Below, piece after piece: positions 18,444-28,081 of a stretch of DNA of 56,363 nucleotides. A program made the translations under genes and the position numbers. Every line of letters starts with the position of its first letter. Position 1 is the stretch's first letter. A model generated the notes under the pieces. It searched no databases. It was not told the DNA's origin and worked only from the letters and a program-made list of their open reading frames with translations. Source of the stretch: a virus (Duplodnaviria; Caudoviricetes); the IMG/VR virus record IMGVR_UViG_3300049454_000020, positions 1-56,363 of that record; one strand, 5' to 3'.

Positions 18444-18875
18444 TCAGCCTCGGGCGGCGGACAGCGCGTTGCGCAGGAACGGGTTCGGGACCATGCCCCG
18501 CACCTGCCTCGCGTACACGAACTTGCGGGACCCTTTCGGCCGGAACCGGAGCCGCTTCGCCCGCCTCGGAACAATCGGCCTCCCCGCCGGCCCGTAGATC
18601 CCAGTCCCGTCATGGACCCACCGCGCGTAGTTGACGTTCGTCCCGACCAGGACGGCGGGTTTCCCGTCCCGCGTCACCAGAACCGTCGAGATCGACGCCC
18701 GCAACCGCCCGGTGTCGACCCGCTTCGGACCCCCGACCCCGCCCAGGTTCCGTTTCGCCTGCGTCTCCACCAACAGGCCGCGGCGCATCAAATCCTTCGC
18801 CACCGCCCCGTTCGGCGAGTTCAACAGGGCCTGCACCGCGCCGAGATTCATCTGGTGCGAGAACCCGGCCGGCAT
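18444..18875 (-). CDS. HK97 gp10-like neck/tail completion protein
   Basis: VDTGRLRASI, VGTNVNYARWVHDGT, PNPFL. Confidence 0.88.
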   Translation of the reverse strand: MPAGFSHQMNLGAVQALLNSPNGAVAKDLMRRGLLVETQAKRNLGGVGGPKRVDTGRLRASISTVLVTRDGKPAVLVGTNVNYARWVHDGTGIYGPAGRPIVPRRAKRLRFRPKGSRKFVYARQVRGMVPNPFLRNALSAARG

Positions 18876-19426
18876 CAGCCGGCGCCGCACAGGCAGGACC
18901 GGACCCCGATCAGGAACGCGGTCTCGACGCCGGCGCAGCCGCCCTGCTCCCCGACCGTGACCGACGGGTTCATCGCCCACCCGCCGATCACCCGGCTGTC
19001 CTTCAGCTCGGTGAGGCAGCAGGCCAACGCCTGCCGCACCGCGGTGCGGTCGTTCTCCAGCGTGTACGCGGCGACCAGCGAAGCGGCGCACGTCGGCGGT
19101 TGGCCTTGGTCGTCCATTGTGGGCACGCAGCGGGTTACCTGGACGACGACCTGGGCGACCTGCCACGGCGGGCCGCACTTCGACCAGTCCCTCGACGCGT
19201 CGGCCGGGGTCGGGAACCGCGTCGACCCGTACACCGACTGGATGGCGAGGGCGACTTGGCCGCCGCAGTCGCAGTTGTCCCACGGGATCAGATTGGTGGG
19301 CAGGAGCAGGCACTGCCGAGTCGGGGCGCCGGCGGGGGTCTGCGCGAGGGCGTCGACCACGCACGCGCCGATCCCGGTGACGATCGGCGCCAGCGACAGC
19401 GTCAGATTAATCGTCGTGGTCGGCAC
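18875..19426 (-). CDS. Tail terminator-like protein
   Basis: Position; PWDNCDCG, RCVP, QGGCAG. Confidence 0.65.
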   Translation of the reverse strand: MPTTTINLTLSLAPIVTGIGACVVDALAQTPAGAPTRQCLLLPTNLIPWDNCDCGGQVALAIQSVYGSTRFPTPADASRDWSKCGPPWQVAQVVVQVTRCVPTMDDQGQPPTCAASLVAAYTLENDRTAVRQALACCLTELKDSRVIGGWAMNPSVTVGEQGGCAGVETAFLIGVRSCLCGAG

Positions 19427-19427
19427 G

Positions 19428-20219
19428 TCAGGTCCCGACGCGGCGGAAGCTCGGACCGTCCACGTCGAACACCAACGGCGGCGCCTTCAACCGCTGCGGG
19501 TTGTAGGTGGCGACGAACATGTCCGTCCACCGCAAGCCCAGCATCCCCGCCGTGAGCAGCTCGGTGAACGTCGGGAAGTCGATCGTGATCCCCTGCCGGG
19601 ACACGCTGGTCGCGTTGCGGCCAAACGCGCACGCCCCGCCGAGGCACCCGGACACGATCTCGCACGCCAGCTCCGCCACCGCGAGCTTCCCGACCGCGGG
19701 CACGTCCTGCCCGTAGGTGAACGTCACCGACCACGTGTCGGCAGCGGTGTCAGGCTGCGTCAGGTCCTGGCAGATCGGCCACATCCCGCCGTCGGTCCGG
19801 ACGAGTTTGCGGAAGTCGTCGACTCGGTACGACCCGGACGGCATCGGCGACCCGTTCAGCATCACCATGGTCACGGTGTTGACAGGGCCGGGCAGCCACG
19901 CCTCCGACAACGCGACGCAGGAGCAGGTGCCGGCGCAGCCGCCGCAGGTCAGGTTGTACCAGGCCCCCTGGTACAGCAGCGGACGCGGCCAAACGCCGCC
20001 CCACTCCCACCACGACCCCCAGTTGAACGGGCCGCCGTCGCAGTCGCGGCGGCACGGCCGGACCGTCAACTCGCACAGCCCGAACTGCTGCCCGGACAGG
20101 TTGTAGAGGACCTCGGTCGCCGCCATCAGCGCCTCACCGGAGATCGCCTCCGACCCGGCCGGCATGACGCAGCAAAACGTCGGCTCCCAAGCGGCGCAGG
20201 GGCCACGGGTCGCGGTCAC
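19428..20219 (-). CDS. Head-to-tail adaptor
   Basis: TVRPC, LVRTDGGMWPICQD, ELACE, VSRQGI, G...DMFV..YNP. Confidence 0.8.
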   Translation of the reverse strand: MTATRGPCAAWEPTFCCVMPAGSEAISGEALMAATEVLYNLSGQQFGLCELTVRPCRRDCDGGPFNWGSWWEWGGVWPRPLLYQGAWYNLTCGGCAGTCSCVALSEAWLPGPVNTVTMVMLNGSPMPSGSYRVDDFRKLVRTDGGMWPICQDLTQPDTAADTWSVTFTYGQDVPAVGKLAVAELACEIVSGCLGGACAFGRNATSVSRQGITIDFPTFTELLTAGMLGLRWTDMFVATYNPQRLKAPPLVFDVDGPSFRRVGT

Positions 20220-20306
20220 CGGGGCCTCCTCTCAAGCTGTGAAGGGCCGGTGAGCGCCCCCGTGACGCCACCGGCCCAACCCCACACCCTCAACGCCGAG
20301 GGTAGA

Positions 20307-20963
20307 TCACGGATAGTCGGCGATCAGGCACGTCGAAGCCGGCGGCGGCGTGGGCGTCAACAGCATCCCCTCATGGTCGCCGCTCACGATCGCGGTGTTC
20401 AGCCACGCGGCGCCGGCCGTCCACAGTGGCGACCCGTCGTACGTGTTCGCGATTATCTGCAGCATCGTCGGGTCGTCGCCGTTCGTGTAGTCGCCCTTCT
20501 TCCCGTCAGCCAGGTGCGGCCAGAACCAGTAGTTGTACAGCGGCACAGCCGCGCACGGCCCGTCGGGCAAGCCCCACAGCTCCAGCGACCAATGCGCGGG
20601 CGCCGCGTTGGACCACGTCCCGTGCGCGAACCCGACCCCGGTAGGGGCCATGGTCCCGGTCAGGAGCCGAGCCCCGATCGTGTTCACGATCAGGCCGGGG
20701 TTCCAGACGCAGAAGTCGATCGTCAGCTCGTCGTTGGTGAACTGGTCCGGGAGTTTGTAGTTGACGCACAGCGTCCCGTTCGCCTTGCGGGTGATCTTCC
20801 GGTCGCCGGTGTCGTACTGCGGCGACGCCTGCACCTGTGTGAACCCGTCCATGACCAGCTGCGCCGACCCGACGCCGGTGACGGGGACGCCGCACGAGTT
20901 GAGTTTGATGACGCGCAGCACCAAACCCTGGATGGGGCTGCTGCACAGCAGGTTGGTTGGCAT
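20307..20963 (-). CDS. Major tail protein (probable)
   Basis: RVIKLNSCG, ANGTLCV, SLELW...YWFWP; position after capsid genes. Confidence 0.72.
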   Translation of the reverse strand: MPTNLLCSSPIQGLVLRVIKLNSCGVPVTGVGSAQLVMDGFTQVQASPQYDTGDRKITRKANGTLCVNYKLPDQFTNDELTIDFCVWNPGLIVNTIGARLLTGTMAPTGVGFAHGTWSNAAPAHWSLELWGLPDGPCAAVPLYNYWFWPHLADGKKGDYTNGDDPTMLQIIANTYDGSPLWTAGAAWLNTAIVSGDHEGMLLTPTPPPASTCLIADYP

Positions 20964-20977
20964 CTACCCTCCCAGGG

Positions 20978-21901
20978 TCAGAAAGCGCTCAATGGTTGGC
21001 CGGTGACGATCCCGCCGACCGAGACGAGGGCCGCGAAGTGGCAGCAGTCCCAGCCCAGCACGTAGGTCCGCTCCGCGATCGACTTGACGGTGTTCTCGAC
21101 CCGGTTCACCGACGACCGGAAATCGGGCTGGAATATGGCGGACCGGTAGGCGAAGACCTGCCCGGTCGCGTAGATGTAGACGGCGTTCGACGCGAACTGG
21201 CCGTCCGGCCCGGTGCCCAAATAGCCGGCGCCGAGCGCGACCAGGTTGCCGGCCTGCGTCTTCACCAGCGGCCCGTCGATCTTGAACACGTTCGCTCGGA
21301 AACCTTGCTCGGCCAGGATCAGCGGGACGTGGATGACGCCCTGGCCGTTGGAGCAGTTCCCGAGCGCGGCCTCCAGGTAGCCGACTGCCTCGACGATGTC
21401 GAGGACGACGCCGCCGGTGACGAGGACCGCGGCGGTTTGCATTGTGACCCCGAACCCGTTGATGCCCAACACGACCGGGGCTGACGCCGCCAAATGGGGG
21501 TAGACGACGTTCGTCGCGGCCGGCGGGCCGCCGGTGATGTTGACGCCGCCGGTCCAGAACGCGCGCTCGACCTGCCACGACTCGGTGCGGGTGAGGGCGT
21601 CTGCGGCGCGGGCCCGTTGCTCCTGCTCGTCGTAGCCGACCGGGGGGCAGTCGACTTCCGCGAACGGCGTGAACGGCGTCGCGCCCCTCGTGGGCGTGGT
21701 GAGGTTGGGGACCTTCGAGGGCGGGGCCCCGGTGACGCAGTAGTCGTTTGTGGACCCGCCGATCCCGCAGAGGGTGGTGTAGGTGACGCCGTTGCGCCAA
21801 TGCTCGTCCGCGACGTCGTAGCGGGCCTGGACCACGGACAGAAGACCGAAGTTCCGGTCGACGAACGCGGGCGGTGAGACGAGCTGCCTGGGACCGGCCA
21901 C
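20978..21901 (-). CDS. Second capsid protein (pentamer-type, as in cluster-B-like actinophages)
   Basis: Directly after the major capsid gene; HWRNGV, VERAFW, GAGY.GTGPDG, AERTYVLGWDC. Confidence 0.7.
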   Translation of the reverse strand: MAGPRQLVSPPAFVDRNFGLLSVVQARYDVADEHWRNGVTYTTLCGIGGSTNDYCVTGAPPSKVPNLTTPTRGATPFTPFAEVDCPPVGYDEQEQRARAADALTRTESWQVERAFWTGGVNITGGPPAATNVVYPHLAASAPVVLGINGFGVTMQTAAVLVTGGVVLDIVEAVGYLEAALGNCSNGQGVIHVPLILAEQGFRANVFKIDGPLVKTQAGNLVALGAGYLGTGPDGQFASNAVYIYATGQVFAYRSAIFQPDFRSSVNRVENTVKSIAERTYVLGWDCCHFAALVSVGGIVTGQPLSAF

Positions 21902-21953
21902 AGCGTCTCACCCCCTCGCGTTCGATGCGTCTGCCACGGAAACCGGGGGCGCG

Positions 21954-23774
21954 CTATGCGCAGCAGGCGGTCAGGTCGGCGGCGCCGACCGTGCCGTCGG
22001 GGCAGATGTTGATGGAGTAGTTGCGGACCTCGTGCCCGAACCGGGCGATGAGGTGGCACTCCTCCATCCACGCGGCGGTGAAGTCGTTCTCCGCGTTCAG
22101 GGTCGAGTCGCGGACGACGCCGAGGTCCAACGTCATGCCGTTGCCTCGGGCCACAGTCCCGGCCGCGTACAGGAACCCGTTCACCGTCGCCGGGTACGAC
22201 GTGATCGGGACCAGCGCGCCCGGCTGCCCCGCCGCGCGGACCTGCCAGTCGTTGACAAACTGGACGCGGATGTTGCGGCAGTCGTACCAGGCCGCGATCT
22301 GCGCGTCGGTGACGCACATGAAGTCCGAGACGCCCATACGCTTCGCGAGGTCGGACCGGACGACGCCCTTCGCCCACGACGGCAGCACCCACTCAAGGAC
22401 GTCGTCGTCGCACATGCCGAACTTGGTGCGGTAGTCCCAGGCGCCCATCTCAGCGGTGCCGAGCAGTGGAGCGACGGCCCCGGACCCGGTCGCGCATGAC
22501 GCGCCGGTGACGGGCGCGCCCGCGGCGGTCGCGATCGCGGCGATGTACCGGGCGTTGCTCGCGTGGAAATGCGCCGACATCAGCAGCCGCAGGAAGTTCC
22601 TAGTCGACTCGGGCCAGGCGTTGTCGGCCAGGTTCCCGGCCGTGAGGCAGATGCCGTAGCACTCCAACAGGATCGGCGTCATCGTCGAGCAGGGGACCCG
22701 GATGCAGGGCTTGTTCGGGGCGCCGGTGACGGTGGCGACGTCGTCGGTGTTCGTCCACAGCCACGGCACCGTCGCGTTGCTGAACGCCGTGTACCAAGGC
22801 AGCGCGGGCGAGAACGTGTCCGCCAGGCTCGGCGAGACGGGGAAGTTGACGCCGCCGCGCTCGACCCCGAACGTCGGCAGGTCGATCATCCCGCCCTCGC
22901 AGGCGATGTTGAAGAAGTCGTACCGGTTCTGCGGCGGCGCGCACCAGCCGCCGGCGGCGACCATCGCCTCGTACTTGCCGGCGTTGCGCTGCGCAGCGAG
23001 CTTCTCGATGTACGCCTGGACCACGTCGGAGCCGGTCGTGAAGTCAGTGAGTTTGTCTTCCCACTTGTTCGCGATAGACGCGATCTGCACGCCGCCGTAC
23101 GGGTCGCCGTCGCGGCGGGCCGCGTACCGGCCACCTTGGTCGGCCATGCTCTTGGCGCGCTTCTCCATGAGATCGCCGAGGGCGCGCATTGACGGGATCC
23201 GGTCGCCGGTCTCGAACTGGCCCGGCATCCCGACGGACGCGGTCATGGCGAGGTCCTCACGCGGCGCCTCGACCGGCGGCGCGGACTGACGCGCCGCGGA
23301 CAACGACGGGTTCAGGCGCCGCTTCGGTCCGGCGAGGCCGCCCAGCTCGCGGGGCGCGGTCGTCGCGCCACCCGAGGACGCGGTGACGAGCTGCGGCGCC
23401 GCCGGCAGTACCTCGCCCTCCAGGGCCGGCTCGCCGGTCAGGTCCTCGACCGCCGCGTTCGCGACATCGGGGTCCTCGACGGCGGGGGCACGGCGGGCGC
23501 GGAGCGCGTCGAAGTCGGCCTGCGTCTTCGCGGCCTCGGCCTCGATCGCCCCGGCGCGCTCACGGACCGCGTCCAACGCGTCGGCGAGCTCGGTCGCGCG
23601 GGCCAGCTGGTCCGCGTGAGGGCCGCCGTCCTGGTCGTAGATCGAGTCGAATTCGGCCTCCGCCTTAGCTTGCAGCTCGGCGAGCTGCTCCGGCGTCAGC
23701 GCGGTCAGGTCGGCGGGAAGAGCGAACGGGGCGCCCGCGTCGCCAGCGCCGCCGCTCGCAGTGTTCTTCGGCAT
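21954..23774 (-). CDS. Major capsid protein (hexamer-type) with N-terminal scaffold region
   Basis: Acidic helical N-terminus; MVAAGGWCAP, DLP....RGG, LDLGVVRDSTLNAEND. Confidence 0.88.
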   Translation of the reverse strand: MPKNTASGGAGDAGAPFALPADLTALTPEQLAELQAKAEAEFDSIYDQDGGPHADQLARATELADALDAVRERAGAIEAEAAKTQADFDALRARRAPAVEDPDVANAAVEDLTGEPALEGEVLPAAPQLVTASSGGATTAPRELGGLAGPKRRLNPSLSAARQSAPPVEAPREDLAMTASVGMPGQFETGDRIPSMRALGDLMEKRAKSMADQGGRYAARRDGDPYGGVQIASIANKWEDKLTDFTTGSDVVQAYIEKLAAQRNAGKYEAMVAAGGWCAPPQNRYDFFNIACEGGMIDLPTFGVERGGVNFPVSPSLADTFSPALPWYTAFSNATVPWLWTNTDDVATVTGAPNKPCIRVPCSTMTPILLECYGICLTAGNLADNAWPESTRNFLRLLMSAHFHASNARYIAAIATAAGAPVTGASCATGSGAVAPLLGTAEMGAWDYRTKFGMCDDDVLEWVLPSWAKGVVRSDLAKRMGVSDFMCVTDAQIAAWYDCRNIRVQFVNDWQVRAAGQPGALVPITSYPATVNGFLYAAGTVARGNGMTLDLGVVRDSTLNAENDFTAAWMEECHLIARFGHEVRNYSINICPDGTVGAADLTACCA

Positions 23775-23902
23775 ATGGAGCCCCCGTGGCTACAGAGAAT
23801 TCGTGAAGGTTTCTCTGTGGCCGGGCTGGCCCCCCGGTGGCGCTTTGCGGTCATCGTAGACCGCGTTGATCGCATTGTCATAGCGCGCTACCTGCGCGCG
23901 TT

Positions 23903-23968
23903 CTACTCCGCTATCTCGGCGGGTGGTGGCGGCGGGGGTGGCGGTGTCGTCTTTCCGCATCCGCACAT
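23903..23968 (-). CDS. 21-aa CGCG/poly-Pro microprotein, not in ORF track
   Basis: MCGCGKTTPPPPPPPPAEIAE after AAGGAGG RBS. Confidence 0.55.
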   Translation of the reverse strand: MCGCGKTTPPPPPPPPAEIAE

Positions 23969-23972
23969 GGGC

Positions 23973-26012
23973 TCATTCACCTCCTTTGACTTTTCGGCGC
24001 AGCGCCGCGAACCGGGTCGCGGAGTCGCGGCCGATGGTCCGCGCGGTCCGCTCGAGCGTGGCCCGCAGGTCCGCTGTGGACCCGTAGCCGGGGGTGAGCC
24101 GGATCGGCATCGACGACGCGACCATCGCCCCCTCCCGGACCCGGACGGAGGATGTGACCGCGGCGGGGAAGCCTTCCACCGGCACCAGCAGCGCCGCGTT
24201 CAGCTTCCCGCCCTGCACGTCGACGGAGAGGGCGCAGGCCATCATCCGCTCGACCGTGTCCGCGTCGATGCCGTGCAGCAGCGCGCCGGCGACCCACGTC
24301 CCGGACCCGTCGGCGTACTCCCCGGCCCGGACCCGGGCGGCGACGGAGCACGAGTTGTCGTACTGCTGCATCGCCCACCGCGGGTCGGCCCGGCGCGGGT
24401 CGTGGGGGGAGGGGTGGCCGCAGTCGAACGTGATCGTGCCGGCGTTGATGCGGTACACGTCGCCATCGCCGCCGGCGACGAGGGCGGGTTTGTTGTTGAA
24501 CTCGGAGTAGTCGATCCCGCGTGGCGCTTTCACGTTCCGGCCCGAGGCCCGGAACGCGCGGTGCGCGACGTCGCCGGGCGCGAGGAGCCCGAAGACGCGG
24601 CCTTCGGGGGTGATGTGCAACGCCCCGAACGGTGGCCGCTCTCGGGGCTCGTCGAACCACCACTCGGGCCACAGCTCGGGGATGGTGATGGTGTACGCGG
24701 CGGCGGTGACGACGGTGGGGCCGGGTGGCGGGGTGGGCATGTCGGCTGCCTCCGGTGGCTCGGCCATCTCGTCGAGGATGATCTCCGCTTCGATGAACGC
24801 CTGCTCGGCGCACAGGGTGGCGGACCGGATCCGGCCTTTGTGGACAATGACCTTCGGCTCCCCGACCGGCTCCGGTGGCATGGGCTCGATGACGATCGGC
24901 GGCAGCTCCTCCACCGTCGGCTCGGCGTCGGGGACCTGGATCGCGTAGCCGTCTCCCGGCAACTCCATGGGCAGCAGCGCGGGCGCGGGGTAGATCAGCT
25001 CCACGTCTTCCTCGAACGTGTTGTCGCCGCGGATCGACACGCCGCGCAGCATTCGCAGCCGCATCAGGCGCAGCGCCTCGGCGCCGTAAAGGCCGGAGTC
25101 GTCCATGACGCCTCGGACGTTGATGAGGCTGGCCTCGTCGCGCCAGATCTCATCCATCCGCCCGACGATGACGGAGCCGTCGTGGCCGTCGTCCTCCTCC
25201 GGCTGCCACTTCAACGCCAACGGCAGCGGAGCCCACTCCAACGAGCCGGGCGCGAACTGGCGGCCGTCGCCGGACCACACGCCCTCCGGCGCGATGACGC
25301 CGTGGAACGGCGTCCCGTCGGGAAGGTCGGGAACGACGTCCTCGGCGGGCTCCAGGAGGATCTCGTCGCCCACGGCTGCGGTCATGGCCTGATTGTCCAC
25401 TCGCCCGAACGGGATGTCGATATTGGAACCTGCGAACGCGACCCGTAGCCGGTCGAACACCACCGGCCCGCACCGGTTCAGCAGTGTCTCGACCACGCCG
25501 GGGTCGTCGGTGTACTGCAACGTGAGGTGCGCGACGCGGGGCTCGCGCTGCTCGGGCATGCACTCGGCGAACGGCTCGAACGCCGCGTCGAGGCCGGCGT
25601 GGAATTCGGCGACCGCGTCTCCGGACAGGCCCAAAACGACGCAGGTGTCGACGTCGGGCTTGTCGGGGTTGAACAGCGACAACGCGAACCCGTCCGCGGT
25701 GAACGGCTCCACCGTCGCCGCGTAGGCGCGGGCGGCTTCGACGAGCGCGGCCTGCTCCTCGGGGGTCCAGTCGGCGGCGTCGCCGAGGTACAGGCCGGTC
25801 ATGTGCAACTGCTCGGCTGGCTCGCCGCCCCCGACCGCGAGACGTGCGGCGTGGCCGGCGGCGGGAAGGGCAGCGACCATCGCCCCGGTCTGCACCTCGG
25901 CAGCCGCGACCATCGTGGACGTTTCCGGTATCGGGGCGGCGGGGTCAGTCGGCTCGGCCAAGACCGCAGGCGCGTAGTTCCCGGCCATCCTCGCCCCCAT
26001 CGGATCAGTCAC
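23973..26012 (-). CDS. 2H-phosphoesterase domain fused to capsid maturation protease region
   Basis: HMT and HLT (two HxT motifs) in N-terminal third; then PEG..SGDGR.F, GH...VG, GVSI and a second repeat-like domain. Confidence 0.75.
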   Translation of the reverse strand: MTDPMGARMAGNYAPAVLAEPTDPAAPIPETSTMVAAAEVQTGAMVAALPAAGHAARLAVGGGEPAEQLHMTGLYLGDAADWTPEEQAALVEAARAYAATVEPFTADGFALSLFNPDKPDVDTCVVLGLSGDAVAEFHAGLDAAFEPFAECMPEQREPRVAHLTLQYTDDPGVVETLLNRCGPVVFDRLRVAFAGSNIDIPFGRVDNQAMTAAVGDEILLEPAEDVVPDLPDGTPFHGVIAPEGVWSGDGRQFAPGSLEWAPLPLALKWQPEEDDGHDGSVIVGRMDEIWRDEASLINVRGVMDDSGLYGAEALRLMRLRMLRGVSIRGDNTFEEDVELIYPAPALLPMELPGDGYAIQVPDAEPTVEELPPIVIEPMPPEPVGEPKVIVHKGRIRSATLCAEQAFIEAEIILDEMAEPPEAADMPTPPPGPTVVTAAAYTITIPELWPEWWFDEPRERPPFGALHITPEGRVFGLLAPGDVAHRAFRASGRNVKAPRGIDYSEFNNKPALVAGGDGDVYRINAGTITFDCGHPSPHDPRRADPRWAMQQYDNSCSVAARVRAGEYADGSGTWVAGALLHGIDADTVERMMACALSVDVQGGKLNAALLVPVEGFPAAVTSSVRVREGAMVASSMPIRLTPGYGSTADLRATLERTARTIGRDSATRFAALRRKVKGGE

Positions 26013-28081
26013 CTTCTGCCCGCCGCCTTCCGTCTCGGCCTCGGCGTGCCACGCAAGGCCGCCAAGGCCGCCTGTGTCTGCGCGATCAGCGCATCCACTC
26101 GCTGGCCCGTGTCGGGGTCAGTCTCCTCGCCGCCAGCCAACACGTCCCGCAGAGCCGACAGCCGCTCGTTCAACGCCGTGATCCGCTCGGTCCTCGACAG
26201 AGCCGGTAATACCTCGACGTCCAATAGTCGGTACTCGCTGCCGAATTGGGTCCTCCGGACGCCGCGGTCGGCGACGACCCTGAGGGGCAGCCCCCGCTCG
26301 AGCAGCATCTCGGCCTCGCCGCCCTGCAAACGCACCGCCCCGGTCCCCTTGGGGACGAGGAGCCGCATGAGGACGCCGGGGTCGCCGTCGTTGAAATCTG
26401 AGGCGAAGCTCCGCGCGGTCCGCTCCCGCGCTGAGGTGGACACGTAGGCGTCCTCAAGCCACTCAAAACCGGTGAGGTCGTGGCCGAGTCGGCGGTCGCC
26501 GAAGATGTGCCTGCCGGTGTCCATGCCTCGCCACATCTCAACGTCGGCGCGGAGGCGGGCGTGGTCGTAGATCGAGTCGAGGCGGGCGATCCGAGCGAGA
26601 GCGTCTGAACGTGCCGCGCTCAGCTCGGCCGGCGAGAAGCGTTGGCTGGACGTGCCTCTCAACCAGCCATTTATCGACTCGTAGCCTGGTCCTTGATAGT
26701 CGCGGAGGTCGCGGAAACGCTGTGCGGCTTCGGCTTGGGTCCAGCCGGTTTCGGCCTCGACCTGTAGCTTCACGCCGAGTTGGCCGGGGGTGGCGTCGAG
26801 GGCTGCGTCGTCCTTCAGGGCGCGGGCGATACGGGCGTCGAAATCGTTGGCGTCGGGCTCCGGGATGATGGCGCGGACCTGTGCCCGGTCCAACGGGACC
26901 ATGTCGCTACCCAGTTGCAGGACGTGGCCCTGCCGGTGGACGTCGACCAGCTCCCCGTCCGCGAAGTCGGTCCCGGCGACCAACGCCTTGTGCCGGGCCT
27001 CGTCGAACGGGACCCGGTCGCCGGCGTTGTCGATCGCGGTGAGGCCGCGTGTCTGCGCCAGCCGTTGCGCCTCGGCCCGGACGCGGAGCATGTCCCGCGC
27101 CTCCACCGCGGCCCGCACCCCCGCCAGGTCGGCTTCGGGAACACCGGCGTCGACCGCGAACCGCAACCGCTGGGCGAGGATTCTCGCGGTGTCGTCGTCG
27201 AACGGCAGATCACGCCGCGCCCAACCGATTTGGTCGATCTCGGCGGCGAAGTCCGCGACGGGCTCCTGCTCGGCGATGGCCTTTTGGCGGGCTCGGGCTG
27301 CTGCTCGCCGCTCGGCGGGTGTCGCCTCGACCGGGGCCGGCGCGGGCTGCGGCGCCGGTTCGGTGGAGGTGTTCGGCAGCGGGGGCGTGGCCGCGTCGCG
27401 TCTCGCATCTTTGACGACCGCGTCGGCGAGCAGAAAACCTTGCGTGCACCGGCAGCGGAACTTCTCCTGCGGCGGCAGCGTCGGGTCGGCGGGGAAGTCG
27501 GCGTCGAACCCTCCCACCGTGAACTTGGCGTTCAAGTCCACGACCTGCCCGTCGGCGCGTCGGTGCGTGGGCCTCGTTCTCGGGTCGTTGGTCGCGATCC
27601 ACTCCTTGCGCATCTCCAACCCGGACGCGCGGGCGGTCGCGATCGAGCCGGCGTTCGACGCCTCGACCACCGTCGACCGGGCCACGAGGACCGCGCTGCG
27701 GGCCGTCATCCCGGCCGACGCCCGCAACCGGTCGGCGATCTGGTCCACCGACTCGCCGAGCCGGAACCCCTCCAACATCTCGCTGCGGGCCGTCTGCCAC
27801 AGGTCGTCGCCGACCATGTCATACACGTTGCGGGCCTGCGCCAAATAAGCCTCAGCGGCCTGCGATCCGACAGACGGGAACGGGAAGTCGACGTCGGTCG
27901 CGTCGAGCATCTCCGCGTGGACCGTTCCGGCGGTGTCGTCCCACACCCCGGCGACGATCGGCATCAGGTGCCGGTCGACGGCCTCCGTCCACAATGGCTC
28001 GATCGACGCCAGGTCGTCCGGGGACAGGAACGGCTGGCCCGGCTCGTCGGAGTCGGCGGCGACCAAGACAGCTGCGGTCAC
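26009..28081 (-). CDS. MuF minor head protein fused to a VIP2-type ADP-ribosyltransferase
   Basis: KEWIATNDPRTRPTH..ADGQ...CRC (MuF); YESINGWLR, WRG, YVSTS, EAEMLLERG (R-STS-ExE); GTG start overlapping upstream stop. Confidence 0.9.
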   Translation of the reverse strand: MTAAVLVAADSDEPGQPFLSPDDLASIEPLWTEAVDRHLMPIVAGVWDDTAGTVHAEMLDATDVDFPFPSVGSQAAEAYLAQARNVYDMVGDDLWQTARSEMLEGFRLGESVDQIADRLRASAGMTARSAVLVARSTVVEASNAGSIATARASGLEMRKEWIATNDPRTRPTHRRADGQVVDLNAKFTVGGFDADFPADPTLPPQEKFRCRCTQGFLLADAVVKDARRDAATPPLPNTSTEPAPQPAPAPVEATPAERRAAARARQKAIAEQEPVADFAAEIDQIGWARRDLPFDDDTARILAQRLRFAVDAGVPEADLAGVRAAVEARDMLRVRAEAQRLAQTRGLTAIDNAGDRVPFDEARHKALVAGTDFADGELVDVHRQGHVLQLGSDMVPLDRAQVRAIIPEPDANDFDARIARALKDDAALDATPGQLGVKLQVEAETGWTQAEAAQRFRDLRDYQGPGYESINGWLRGTSSQRFSPAELSAARSDALARIARLDSIYDHARLRADVEMWRGMDTGRHIFGDRRLGHDLTGFEWLEDAYVSTSARERTARSFASDFNDGDPGVLMRLLVPKGTGAVRLQGGEAEMLLERGLPLRVVADRGVRRTQFGSEYRLLDVEVLPALSRTERITALNERLSALRDVLAGGEETDPDTGQRVDALIAQTQAALAALRGTPRPRRKAAGRR

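Noticed and set aside
18075-21065. 996-aa plus-strand ORF and the many other long antisense ORFs
   Set aside because: Shadow frames of GC-rich minus-strand genes, with no recognisable motifs.
23973-28081. Intein in the protease or MuF fusion proteins
   Set aside because: No Hint-type N-terminal block or C-terminal His-Asn junction found.
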